From the NCBI RefSeq assembly GCF_000150275.1, contig NW_002060949.1, positions 3,726,449 through 3,790,448 on the forward strand: 64,000 bases of DNA. The letters are read 5' to 3'. This stretch comes from Trichoplax adhaerens (taxonomy: Eukaryota > Animalia > Placozoa). A model generated the notes under the pieces. It had not been told where the DNA came from. It was given only the letters and a program-made list of their open reading frames with translations, and searched no databases. Position numbers and translations under genes: made by a program. Positions 11,727 through 24,790 of the stretch are shown here, one piece after another (position 1 is the first letter of the stretch; each line of letters starts with the position of its first letter).

Positions 11727-14700
11727 TTAAGCCTCTTCACCAACGACATGCTTTTTTCTTTCAGGGACACGTTCGACTTTATCTGGCTTGGTGTACCGCA
11801 ACCTGTTCTCCTCCCTAAAGAGCAACCAAAAAAACAGTTTAGCACCCAACATACAGTAAATACTGGTAGATATAGCATTACAGTTAACATCGCTATAGCT
11901 GTTTTCCAAACTACTATATAATAGTAAGATATCGTACTTTCTCTTTTGAGAATCGAGTATGACTCTTTTTTCGGCTGCTGCTCTATGAATCGGTTTCGGA
12001 ACGTGACGATGCCTAATGTGAAGTTAATAGATATATAATTTTGGTCACTGCCATTTGAATCTAGCTTACAGTTTGGATGAATGTTTCAGTAAAAAGTTAT
12101 ATTTATACCTTAGGATTCGTTTTACTTGAGGATGATTTTCGAATTTTTTCTTCAGTTTTTTATTATAATTATTACTGGCCTTCTGCCTTGCGGTGAGCTA
12201 AAGAATACCAAGAAAAACATATTATTGCTATCAATTTTTTACAACGACTGGGGATGAAAATAAAATAAGTAATTGACTTTATACGTACAGCTCCGAGTCT
12301 AGCTGAGGAATCCGCTTTCCATAATCTGCAAGAACCAAGGTACATCGATTACATGACAACATATTTCTTTAAATTTCTTGCAATTATTTTACCTTAAGTT
12401 TGTTTCATCACTCCCAGAGACAATAAAATTATTATCCATACTCCATTTCACACAGAATACCCTTTGCATACGTCTAGTATGATATACTTCCCTGAATATT
12501 ATAAATTTGTAGTAAAATACATTTAAGATGCGAATCAATTTTCATAGACTCAAACTTCATATACGAAATTTCGCTATTAAGCAAAGCGAAAGTATCCAAA
12601 GACGGTAATAAATAGTGAACTTACCGACTTTTTCCTTTGTTAACAGGGAAAATGCGAACAGTTTTATCAAAACTACCAGACACAAATTCTTGTCCAGTCG
12701 GAGAATAGTCAACGTCCAAAACTGCAGAAACGTGATCAACATGGACACATAATGCTGAATCCAAACGACGCATATCGAAAGTATACAAGCTATAAGGAGT
12801 TGATGATATATTTATTACTATATGATCACGCCATCAAATGGTATAAAAATTTCTTTAAGTAACTGCCTATCGTAAATATTTAGTTAGATCGAAATTTAAG
12901 CCTTAACTCGATTACTTACTTGCCATCTTCATTAGCAGCAGTGAAATGGTATGCCTATGATAAATTATATTAAAAGTGCAAATAAAAACTTAGATAACAC
13001 GTAATAGTACATACAGTCGATATGCAATGGAAAATACACTTTATCAGCAACCTCTAAAGGATTCCATGCAACTGTATTTGTCTTCATTTCGAGAATAACC
13101 TAGTTACACGATCAATTGGCGTTAATAAGCGTTCACTAGAGTAATAATGAAAGCTGTAAAATTTATTTTGGTATGCGAATATCAATATATACCTTTCTCA
13201 TAGGTGTTGAAGCTCGTACATCGTATAAAGCAATCGATCGATCGGAGCCCGTACATGCTAATACGTTAGTCTATTCATAAAAGTTGAATAGCATATAAAA
13301 ACTGATTGGCTTTATTTCAAGTTATTAATGATGGTTTCATTATTCTGAAATTAGTCATAAATATCAACCTTATTGAATATAATAAGTACCTCAATGGGAT
13401 TAAATCGGACACCGATGTGACTTTCGATGCCCCACGTAAAAGATCGAATAGGCTCGGTTTTTTCTTCATCCCAAATTTCAACTACTTGACCGCATGTAGC
13501 GAATATATCACTCTTCCAGCTATGGTCAATAGCGTTGAATATATTCTGAATACAAAAGTAATTCGTTAGGTTAACATCATGCAATGAAAATGCTCGCAAA
13601 GGAAGCAACGCTAAAAGGCATACTGCAGAAGCAGATTGAATAGATAGAAAGAAAGTGTATTGGGTAGGGTAATTGTTGACGAAATATTGCAGATAAACAT
13701 GTTATTATAATGTCATTAGAATTAAAGTTGGTACGAAGCTACGAATTGAGTCACCCTACTTTACTCAATATTGTCATATCCGGTTCCTTTAAAGAGTTCT
13801 TAGTAGCTAAATCTAGCGACCAAATTTTAATTGACTTATCATCTCCACCCTACAGCAAGATATGGAAATTAATACAAGTGTAAATTGTGCATACGTATGC
13901 GTAGTTTAGCGATATAAAAAGAGAATTAATATCTATGCAACATATCTACTGTAATTGACTTGTCGGTTTATCACTATATTTATCTTAGTTGACAACAACA
14001 TTCATATAGTACGTATGTGGTAATATTATTAAGTACTGTAGGTTATTTATTGATTGAGCGGTATATCAATTATTATCAAGGACTGAACTGTGACGCATAT
14101 AAAATACGAGTGGCACTGATCTGTTGATATTGCACTAGGCGAGTCTACCTCCAAATTACGTTACTGTTGTTGGTGGTAGACAATGTTATTTCTTAATCAA
14201 TTCAAGTTATTATGGGCTGTCCAACCTACCGAAATTAGCTTTTGACTTGTAGGAGATATACATAGGCCTCGGACAAAACCACTGTATGATACAATCAAAG
14301 ATCAAGTAGAATCTATTATTACTATTGTGTTTAATCATCAGTAAATAAGAGACGATGAACTACCATTACTATCATAATACAGCATTTATGCAATAACTAC
14401 AGCAACAAGAAAATATGTCTACTGAAATCACTGTGCTATATTCTGTACAGCACTGTCTAAATGATAATCCATCGCTATGCAACCTGTGGGCGTTGACAGC
14501 CGATAAGCATTTTCTTGTCGATAAGTTCCATATCCTAATCTATAAAAGACAGAACAGCCATTAGCCACTAGCCTTGATAGATCTATCTTCAGATCATTCA
14601 AATCGCTCTAGCGATAGCGTGTCAATTTGTTGTAGTAATTAAAATGGTAGTCACAAAGTACGTCTTGGAACCCATGACTTCATTCGGTTGTATAGTACAG

Positions 14701-15097
14701 TACAATAGTCATGTCCATCTTAGAAGAGAGTGGATGGTCACCCATCTTAATGTTATCGCTATTTAATGAGTTTTAACAGTGTCTCCATCTAGATTATGTA
14801 TCGAAGGAATGAACATACTTCACCATCACAGCAGCCACTCGCAATACAAGACAGGCTAACGGGATGCTTTGCTAGTGAGCAAATAGCATCAGCATGTCCA
14901 TCCAGTGAATGGATGAATGGTTTAGCAAATAATCGTTCTAACTTGGCTGCATTGAGCGCTCTAGTATACTCGCGTGCAGCCTGGAACGGATGAAGCTTTG
15001 GATCAGTATTTCTAGGCTGCTTAAAAATATCATGTCGTGTTTGACGTAAATAATCAGCAGGATTTCTTGAGATAACTTTAATTTTCGCCTTTTCCAT
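11727..15097 (-). CDS. DCAF13: DDB1- and CUL4-associated factor 13 (WDSOF1/Sof1, SSU processome WD40 protein), ~14 exons
   Basis: Exon 1 (15097-14819) MEKAKIKVISRNPADYLRQT..HPFQAAREYTRALNAAKLERLFAKPF..LDGH matches the DCAF13 N-terminus. Later exons read IRIWNL, GFVRGLC, VILEMKTNTVAWNPLE, AYHFTAANEDG, REVYHTRRMQRV, RHRHVPKPI and the Sof1 end ERKKHVVGEEA*. Confidence 0.96.
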
Positions 15098-15189
15098 TTG
15101 GTCCACCAGTACAAATGGAATTAATCCTCCATTTTTCGCAAGTCAGTAGCCAGCATGGTCTCGCATGGAAGGGCATGGGCAAGTCATAT

Positions 15190-15722
15190 CGTACAGTACA
15201 GTGCAATTACATCGGCTCGGACAGTCGGACATTTGTGTCTCATGGATGTGTGTCTAATATACTGTACTGTTCCAAACACTTTTATTCGTTGGAATGTCCT
15301 GAAGGGGTTGATCGATCCTGTAATAATTCGCTTATTTTTCTAAATTGAGCCATATTATATTGAAATCTATTCTATTTTACTAAGTGCCTGCTTCAAAACA
15401 GTGATATCAAGTCGTGAATGTTCTTCAATGACTACAAGGGATTAAGAAGATTTAAGAAGAATTTGATGCAAGACGATCCACACTAAGTAGCTCATTTTTG
15501 GCTTCGTTTCCCCTGAAAAATCTGTCCATCCGAAGAGTTCTCAACCCTGTCCTTTCCGTCTTGTCCAGTCCAGGTCCAGGGTACGCTGCTACAGTACTTT
15601 TTATACTTGATATTGTGGCTTGTACAGTACAATACACTCTGTTTTTGTACCGTACTGTACAGTATTCAAAGTTTTTACACACAACCCTACTAAATCTTAC
15701 CATAGCTCTTCCTATACTGTAA
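15190..15722. promoter_or_regulatory. TACAGTA/TACTGTA-rich region upstream of DCAF13 (putative promoter)
   Basis: Repeated gtacagtacag, tactgtactgt, tgtacagtaca, gtactgtacagta within ~600 bp 5' of the DCAF13 ATG. Confidence 0.4.
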
Positions 15723-18671
15723 ACAAGCATACGATACCAAACAACTTGTAGCGATACTGTAGAACACCAAGGACTTTCTGAACTTTAGGGGGAAATTTTC
15801 TCTTGCAAAATTTTCATGTCCCCTCCTAATGCTGGTAGAAAAATTAGAAGTTTGGAAGACCAGAAGCAACACAACACTGATATGCTGTAGTCTAAGTTCA
15901 CTGGAAATTCCCCCTAAACATCAATGTTACCGTAGAAAAAGCTCTTAAAATAGTTCTACAATCCAGTCCTGTTCAGTCCGATAGAAATATAGAAAAATCG
16001 ACACACTGGAGTATTGTACTGTATGGCTATGACAAGAAGGCCATGATCCAGTTCGTTTTTTGGATCGTACAGTAGTAAATATTTCTTACTCTTATTCTTG
16101 GCATTTCTTCGTGTGTCCTTCCCTAGCTTCCTTACTATTCCGATGTTGCGTATTGAAGTATATTTTTTGTCGTGCTGTACAGTATACTATAAAATAATGG
16201 AGATCTGTCTTTCCTTGGGCATGAATCACCTTGCTCTGTCTTTGGCTCTTACTGTATATTATATTATTGATTGAAGTGATCACGTTCACAGTTGGAAACG
16301 ATGTAACTAGATGTACATTGGATAGTATCATGCAGTGATCTCCAGTATGCTAGTAAATAACATTACATGTAGAATCAATATGGATATACAGTAAAAGAGA
16401 AAAGTCCATCCCAACAACAGTCATCAAGTTGGCCGGTTCGAGCAGCACATCTTTGATAAATTAGATCATCGACCGATGGGATGGCGAACAGCGACCATAC
16501 AGCTTCACTTCTGCGATATACAGTACACTCACTGGTCGAGAATTGACTATTAACATGGATAACTACCAGCCGTATAGCACAATAATATAATATTCAGTTG
16601 AGCATCGTTATAGTTAGGCTTAATGAAAACGCTCTTGACCGACTTCTATATTATATTTAAAAATTCATTCATTTCCCTGATATTTACTTTCTCCTATCTA
16701 CCTGCTCACCGGTAGCTTGATCAGTGTTATACCGGTAACTAGTAATGCGCTATGTAAAAGAGTATACAATCAATTTCATAGTAGACGGTCATTTGGTGAT
16801 TAAACTAGCTGAAAGTAACTTATCTGACCGTAACTTCCAAGGCGATCAAAACTTAATACTACAGTATTTTTATGAATGAATACTTTCTTAATCCGTATAT
16901 GTGGAATTTTCTCGGCGATTTCACGTATATTCTCAATCGTCACTACATTGGGATAGTTGTATAAGATAAAATAGAACATTTGAATTTACTGTATATTGTG
17001 CCTAATTGCACCTTGATATGATCAATGTCGGTTGGAAGGCCACATTCAATTTAGTATATGGCGAACAACAATAATAAAAAAAAAACTGTATTGTAACATT
17101 GTTTCTGTTTGGCGTCTGTAATTATAATTATTAACAATAATAAACAAGCAACGCAAGTTATGGGAATAGGGTTTAGATGCAGGGTTTGTCGTACTACTTT
17201 GTAGATTTTGTACAGTACTTCTACGTGATCATTTGCTCAAGAGCATATACCTACCAATCGTTGGATATCGTCATGCAATGATTAGACAGTAAACTGCAGT
17301 ATATCGCCATCGATTTACATCTCGATATTGTAATTACTGTACTAGACAGGAGATTTCGATATACGCATATCACGTAAATGCATTGAGCACTTTAATCCCT
17401 TGAAAGGACTTGCCGAGAATACTTCGTTAATACATGTAAGTCGAATGCTTTGATCCATTCTTCAATCGCTTATATATTAATTATAATTATCATTCGTTCG
17501 TATCCAGATGACTGTTTCAAGTCGTAAAGGATACACGTGCACTGGATCTAACAAACGAAACTACAGATGAAATTTGAACTCTAGATGGGAAGGATAAATT
17601 AAACGCTTAGTCATGCGGAAAAATTATGTGGGCAGAAATAGAAGAGATAAATGGAGCTATCAATTATCGTAGTAAAATGATAAGGGTGCGAAAGGAACGA
17701 GAAAGAATATCTAGAATTTATTCCGTACTCGATGCGTAAATGTTAAATTTTGCGAATACGTGTATTTTAAATACTTTATTAAAGAATTAAATATAATTAT
17801 TACTATATTATATACTCGTATGCAGTGCAATAATACAATGGACTATATCATTTAGTAATGTTCTCATTCTAAGCACATTCCTTAATCAAATCAAGAAAAG
17901 ACTTATAAATAAAACTGTGAACAAGTAGTGAGGAAAGAGATAATTGAAAACATGTGTGGTACGATTAAAAAGCAAGGGCATCTCAATCAATTTAAACAAA
18001 TAGATTAAGAAAGGTTATAGTTGAAACCGTTAAATAGCAGTTAATAGGTTCCATAAAATATTTCAAGATTGTTAAAATTGGTAGGAGCGGTTACTATGAT
18101 GCCAGCAATTATTACAATTTCGATGTCTATACTTCTAGCACATCATTAGATTAATCACCTAATTATCCTTTACTGTATCAAATGTTGTTATAGTGCACAA
18201 ATGTGGGGGATAATAGTGACGTTTTCCTTGTTTTAACTCAAATATAAGAAAGTTGATAAGAGCTATCTGACTGATATCATCCATTAGATGTAATTCGAGC
18301 TGATGGATAGAAGTGTATTATTTTAGACCGATAAAATAGATTGTCTACTGTCAATATCCTATATACGTACATATATATTTATAAATATATAATATAGCAG
18401 CCAATTTACGCTTCTTGAGTATTATTAAAGAAAGTTAGGATTTAAAAATAGTACAATGAATATTAATCGATCATAATATCGAAGGAAGAGTAATTGCATC
18501 TGCCAATGTTAATGTAGGGAGTTTAACACTTAAAATGAAGTTTCTATCGTTGTAGTAACAAGAATTTGTGAAGCATGCGAGTAACATTTAAACTAAAACA
18601 ATAACCTTTAACATTTTATATACTGTCTATAAAACTCTTCATCATAAGATACGATTGCAGCTTAAACCATT

Positions 18672-18944
18672 TCATTCTGGTAATGACTTTGAACGTGACA
18701 TAGAATGAGGAAACTGCCTAATATTAACGGCTATTTTGGCCACTTCTTCGTTAACTTGATTTAACTTGTTTTTTTTGCATTCTATTTCGGATTTCAATTC
18801 ACCTAATTCTCGACTGAGTCGTCTGATATTTTCTCGTACCATACAGGCATTTTGATGGCTACTTGCTAACTCGTCTTCTCTTAAGGAAGTCGATTTGGTT
18901 ATTGGTCGATAATTCGTTGAAATTTTATCTTCGTTAGATGCCAT
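18672..18944 (-). CDS. Small orphan coiled-coil protein, 90 aa
   Basis: ACCATGG start context; TATAAA 52-57 nt upstream; heptad-like segment VRENIRRLSRELGELKSEIECKKNKLNQVNEEVAKI; C-terminal RSKSLP. No family recognised. Confidence 0.55.
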   Translation of the reverse strand: MASNEDKISTNYRPITKSTSLREDELASSHQNACMVRENIRRLSRELGELKSEIECKKNKLNQVNEEVAKIAVNIRQFPHSMSRSKSLPE

Positions 18945-18995
18945 GGTAGGATGGAAGTAGTAGATAATCTTAGAGTATCGTACAGTCAGTAGGTC

Positions 18996-19001
18996 TTTAT
19001 A
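18996..19001 (-). promoter_or_regulatory. Candidate TATA box for the 90-aa gene
   Basis: tttata on + (TATAAA on -), 52-57 nt upstream of the ATG at 18944. Confidence 0.35.
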
Positions 19002-20928
19002 TCTTATATCAATGAGTTTGGATTGAAGTTAATTCCATAAAGGTTAGTGTGTGGTTTAATTCTACTCACTGTATTATGAACTTTACCCCCTACGGTTAAG
19101 ACTACCTTTGTATACTTATTTCCTATTAAGTGGACATGTCATCGGGTGTATCAGCACAATCTAAGGCAAACAATAAAAACTCTGTTATCATTTCATATAT
19201 ATCAAAAAACAAAGTTCACGAGAAAAAGAAAGACTTTTGCTATTGTTTTCAACGTTTATTTCTCTTTTAATTGCGATATAAAAATTTTAAAGATGTTTTG
19301 TTTTCATAGAGTCAAAATTACTCTAACTAGAGCAATAGGACAATTTCGCGCGAGCAACTAGACTACAATACATAGCGATAATATTTGACACCCAATCGTG
19401 TACTTGATATTATCCTATAGTAATTATAGCAGTATACTGACCAGAACTAAATCTTATCCAGTTGAGCTTGAATAGTAAGATTTAAATGAATGCACTATTC
19501 ATAATATAATTACATTCTTGACTATACGAGAACGTGATAGAAGCGTAAGTGCTCATTATCGCGTTATCCTAATGTCTGTACATTTTATTTGTTTGCAAAA
19601 GTACTACCCGCTATGCGCACTACTCAAGAATGAGTCACTATCCCAAAACCTGTTAGTGTTGTGATGCTGCCGTTAAATTGAAAGCTAATACATCTAAGTT
19701 ATTATCTTCGTATCTCGAGACAAAATGGCTCAGATAATTATCGGCATTAATATTTAATATATCTGCAAATTTAAAGATTGTTAACGCAGAATGTGTTTAA
19801 TCATTTATTTTTAAATCTTTATAAATAATTTATTATTTCAATTAGAGCACATTAGAGGAACAGTTCGTGTATTTATGATTTTATAATTTCAATTACATTG
19901 TCTGTTTCTGCTTGCATACAGAATGGTACTATACCACTAATGATATGAATTATTCATTTGCTTAATACGATTTTCTTTTAAGATACCCGTATAATACGAC
20001 AACTGAACCTTCTCGTAATCATAGTTTCAAAAATGAATTTGCCGCATTAATTTTCTCTTTGAATTATATAATGATTAAGATTGTAGTTGTAACGATTCGA
20101 TATAACTAAATATACTGATAACTCTAGAGTTAAGTTAACTTAAGGTTCAACCCATTTTCAGTAAGGCGGCCTTTCAAATTGCTTTCTTATAGTTTTAAAA
20201 TGCTGATATTGATTTACTGTATTTTTGAGAGGATAACGTGCGTAGCTATAGCATGTAGTTGCATAATTCACTAACTTTTACGTTTACTTAACGCACAATT
20301 ATTTCATCCTGAACAAAATATGGTGATACATAGACGCTGCACAGTACGCAATTCAGATTGCATTGGAATTAAGCTCTCAATGAACAAATTAAAATTAGAA
20401 TCCTTTATTATTCGGTATTCTCAGACATATCATAGGCCATAGTTCGCATAAACGGTGATGTAGAATTTTATTTGCTTGAATTCATTTATGTAAGTACTTT
20501 AAGGATGTGAGATTTAATATGAATGGTTACCAAATAATAATTAATGAAACAATTTGGCTATTTACTAGCGGACCCAAGTTTAGTTGTTAGCATTTATGGC
20601 AGAGGATAAGGTAATGACATTCCGAAAATGCATCAAACCCGGCATGCGCCATCACACTAAAAATAATACATCACTCTGAATATGACATCAAGATTATGTT
20701 TTTTATTGAAGGAATAGGCATGATATAAACATAAACCAATAATATATCCAGATAAATTTATACAAGTAATTTTAAATGTCAGTAAAGATTTTCCAACTTT
20801 TGATTTTAAGTTTTTCGTAATTACTTTTCTATTGATATCGAATGATTTTAAGTTAATAAAAAATAGTAGTAATGAAATGCATAACTGTTTCTAAAATGTA
20901 AAGTGATACTATTTTTTTAATCTTGACT

Positions 20929-22405
20929 CTAAGATAACGAATTTTCCTTATCAAATCTTAAAATAAATAGATTTTCACGCCCTGCCTTTCGAGACAGAAT
21001 TATTTCACCACTGAGACCAACCATCTTCATTGTCTTAATAATTTCATCTACATGTACAAATAAACAATGCGCTTATTTTTCTTCTTAGCGTTAAGAGATA
21101 CCGTAAGTAGTGAAGATAGCCGCTGTTTATTACAGCCATTTAGTAGTCTCAAGTTAGTAATTGACATACTATAGATATAATACTAGATAATCATTTAGTT
21201 TAATTACTAGGAGATGGATAAAATTACCAGACTTTGGCAACTTTCGAAATACCTGGATAATTTTCTTTTATGGCAACCAGATAGAACAATCCACTAGGCG
21301 AAAGAAGTTGTGGAACTATGGTAAACAGTCTGTCCATGACCTTTAGAATAAGTCGTAAAAAAAATCTCAACTTAATTATAGATATTAATGTCCTAACTTT
21401 ATTTCACTATAATGTAGGATTATCAATTATTAATGCAGCATATAGAGTAATAATTATATACACAAGATTATATAATTATTAGTAGATGGATGACCTCTCT
21501 TCCATTTTCTCCGCCGGCCCAAGAGGCTTCAATGCCATTTCCGGAAATCTTTAAGAAAGGGATAATGCGACATTTACTCGTAATTTCATACATTTTACTA
21601 AGGAGAGTTAAAATCGACCTCTTTGGAAGGTGTAACTACGTATGGAGGATTAAATAATATCACGTCTACATTTCCAGTTAAGCGATCTTTTAAGCCAGAT
21701 ACCTACACGTAATTACATAGACCTTTAACAAACGCGTGAACATGTAAGAGCGTATAGTATTATGCAGTTTGTAGCAATATTCTAATAGCAAACGTAAATA
21801 GAAGTAGCAACATCAAACACTTAAGCGATGCTTTCTAGATGACTAAAAAGCTCTATTCCCATACCAGATCTGTTATGATAACTTCACATTGTGGCATTTC
21901 GTTCAATTTTGCAGTATCGATCGTGCAATTAGCTGCGATAGGGTTAATATCGGTAGCCCTAAGGTAGAGTAAAAAGAAGGATTTGAAGTCAAACAGCAGC
22001 AATTTACTCCCTAACGTTATAATCAACATTCATAAAAGATATGTTGAATGTTTTCATCTTTAGCACTTATCAAGTCTCTTACATATAATAACATTCAGGT
22101 CCCAATATTTTCGATATGAATGATATTATAGCACCAGAACCAGAACCAACCTCTATACAAATTAAAGGGCTACAAAAGGTAACAGCTTCAATCTTCGAGG
22201 AATCTTTTACAGTACTGTACTGCGAGAAAATAATGGTAAAGATAACTTCATGTTAGCCATATTAGACTTGCCTTCTTTCTTTTAACAGAATCGCATCATT
22301 TTGCAATGCATCCATAAATAGGAAAGTATCTTCAGCAGCATCGTAGACATAGTTTACGTAAGGCTTTCTTGATAGATGAGAGATTGAAGGTGTGGGATAA
22401 TCCAT
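20929..22405 (-). CDS. N6AMT1: N6AMT1/HEMK2 (eRF1 glutamine methyltransferase, TRMT112 partner), 7 exons, 219 aa; absent from the ORF track
   Basis: Exons 22405-22272, 22169-22083, 21958-21865, 21702-21619, 21548-21495, 21340-21253, 21047-20929 splice in frame (660 nt): MDYPTP..VYDAAEDTFLFMDAL..ICIEVGSGSG..ATDINPIA..VILFNPPYVVTP..IEASWAGGENGREVMDRLF..LLSPSGLFYLVAIKEN..SRKAGRENLFILRF. Confidence 0.96.
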
Positions 22406-22763
22406 TGGTTATCAAGTAATGATTTTACGAAATTATAAACTTTTCTTCCAATTTGATAAAATGTATTTAGAAATGCAGTAATTATGTAGAATTCGAATTA
22501 GTTGGTTAGCAAGTAATTGTGTAACTACTGTATTATCCAAGCTGCAAAACTATGAGCATTTTCAAGCCCATAAAGTCCATTTTATGTCATCTAAAGGTGA
22601 TAAAGTACTGTATACATTTCTCTTTTCTGATCATATACCCTATATTTACTCTTGTACCCTTACTAATAATTGAATGACTAGGGTATACTATAATTTGTAA
22701 ATGAGGATAGCATCGAAATGAGAAGGGCTCACGTTAGCTGGAGTATTTTGGGAAATGCATCTA

Positions 22764-23178
22764 GTACTACAGTACAGTATAATGTACAGTATACTGTACA
22801 CTGTACACAGTACAGTACAGTACAGTACTGTACAGGGTGTCTCATAAGTCTTTCCCACTGTTTGAAATCATATGAAATTATAGTTTCAAGTCCTTATTAG
22901 ACAAATTTGGTATCATTCGATTGGAAATAAGATGCTTTACACGAATATGTAATTTAAATGCACATAAAATATGTCCAAGCTACTAATATTAGCACTTAAA
23001 GTCAAAAATACTTATATAAACTCTGGCGTTTTTCTACAGTACATCGTAATAAGGGTTACAGTACAGTACAGGAGTTCATGACTGGAAGGACTTTACAGTA
23101 CGTACTGTACATACTGTACTGTAGATTTGGAGTTGGAAAATGGTGTCTCACACTACAGTACAGTACAGTACTGTACAA
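22764..23178. repeat. Dense (TACAG/GTACT)n low-complexity cluster upstream of N6AMT1
   Basis: tactacagtacagtataatgtacagtatactgtacactgtacacagtacagtacagtacagtactgtacag at 22765-22835, with further runs at 23058-23178. Confidence 0.75.
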
Positions 23179-23235
23179 TGAGTGTATGACCAGTGCCCAA
23201 GATTGTCTTATGTTGCACTATTTGGCTTAGTGGAA

Positions 23236-23696
23236 GTCAAATCGATGTTAGTAGATTGACGAGGATCGAAGTAGGTTTACTGTCAAATAGATGTCAGTAA
23301 ATTGACGAGGATCGAAGTAGATTTATTGTCAAATAGATGTCAGTAAATTGAGGAGGATTGAAGTAGATTTATTGTCAAATAGATATCAGTAGATTGAGGA
23401 GGATCGAAGTAGATTTATTGTCAAATAGATATCAGTAAATTGAGGAGGATCGAAGTAGATTTATTGTCAAATAGATATCCGTAAATTGACGAGGATCGAA
23501 GTAGATTTATTGTCAAATAGATATCCGTAAATTGACGAGGATCGAAGTAGATTTATTGTCAAATAGATATCAGTAAATTGAGGAGGATTGAAGTAGATTT
23601 ATTGTCAAATAGATATCAGTAAATTAAGGAGGATTGAAGTAGATTTATTGTCAAATAGATATCAGTAAGTTAAGGAGGATCGAAGTAGACTTATTG
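23236..23696. repeat. Minisatellite, 46-bp unit x ~10
   Basis: Unit gtaaattga(c/g)gaggat(c/t)gaagtagatttattgtcaaatagatatca recurs at 23251, 23297, 23343 ... 23665 with exact 46-nt spacing and no unique spacers. Confidence 0.97.
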
Positions 23697-24553
23697 AAGT
23701 ATAACGAACACACTTTACAGGTGTTGTTGTTAAGATAGAGATATATCATCGGAGAAAGAGTAGATCAAGAATGCTTTTAATGAGCAGATGTATACGATGA
23801 TATACACCAATTTGTCACAACCCTCTCTTGTGACATAGGAAACGTAAATTAACTAAGTAAAAAAATCTCTGGTGTAACTATAATAACTCGGGTTACTTCT
23901 CCCAGTCTCTCCAGTTTCGATGTTAGTGATATACGAGTTGTATGTAGGTAGTTCTATAGATCAAGATAGGTGTGCTATCAGTATACTGTGCACGTACTGT
24001 GCCCATTCTATCATACTGTACAGTGGTCTGATGCTATGTTGCAATGGCTACTCTAGATATCATCACTTTTACGTCCAGCTATAGCGGGACTCTGCAGCTA
24101 TTGCTATTTTCGAGAATTTCAATCATTAAATGTTTCTTTCTGGAAAGACTGTAGTCAATAGGAATTAGTATGGACTATAACAGAATGAGACGAACTCTAG
24201 CTATAAAATCGCTCGCTCTGCATTAAAGGGAAGGTGGGAAGGATGAGATCGAAGAATACTCTGATCTTCTTCATCTAGTTACCAGCATACCAGCTTGATT
24301 TCATGCATTGCTCACGTGTACCATCTACCCACCAGTATTAAGTCCCTAGTAATTATTGTGCGGTATTACGACGCGTGTATGCTCAGAAATACCTGAGAAA
24401 CAAGTAAGGTCTCGCAAAATAACAACCGAGAAGAATACCCAAAGAATTCATACATTAAGCTATGCCTATATATACGCGTAAAATAACTGTTAAGCGGTAG
24501 ACAACTTACTATACTGTACTATATACTGTACAGCATCACACTCTGGCGGAGAA

Positions 24554-24790
24554 TGTAAAGGATCTCCCATGTATAACTTTAGAAGGATAATTTTACTTTA
24601 TGTGTACCAGGAGTTTCTGACCAGACTATAAAAGGCTGGTGTCTGAAGATCACTTTTTAGTTAGTTAGTCTTAGTCGGTTAGTTAGTCAACTAGTTTGTC
24701 AATTGCTATTGAATTGTCAAGACAATAATCTTGGTTGTCAAGATTTCTTCAGCAATAAATAGTAGTCAATCTCTGACTACCTCGTCTACA
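24554..24790 (+). mobile_element. LTR-like fragment (possible 3' or solo LTR of a retrotransposon)
   Basis: TGTA..TACA ends; purine-rich ggcggagaa immediately 5' (PPT-like); TATAAAAG at 24627; ttag/ttagtc repeats; AATAAA at 24754. No second copy or pol ORF seen. Confidence 0.35.

Noticed and set aside
15784-15918. Imperfect inverted pair tttagggggaaattttc / ggaaattccccctaaa, resembling kappaB sites or MITE ends
   Set aside because: Short, imperfect, no TSD or second copy seen; not distinguishable from chance.
17346-17571. Possible two-exon unit on + with plausible splice sites
   Set aside because: No start exon or recognisable protein; not supportable without transcripts.
22831-22860. tacagggtgt, Tc1/mariner TIR-like start (similar inverted at ~45913-45922)
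   Set aside because: Only ~10 bp shared, no nearby matching end, no transposase.
23236-23696. CRISPR-like array or coding repeat
   Set aside because: Units are contiguous without unique spacers, 46 is not a multiple of 3, there are no cas genes, and the context is eukaryotic.
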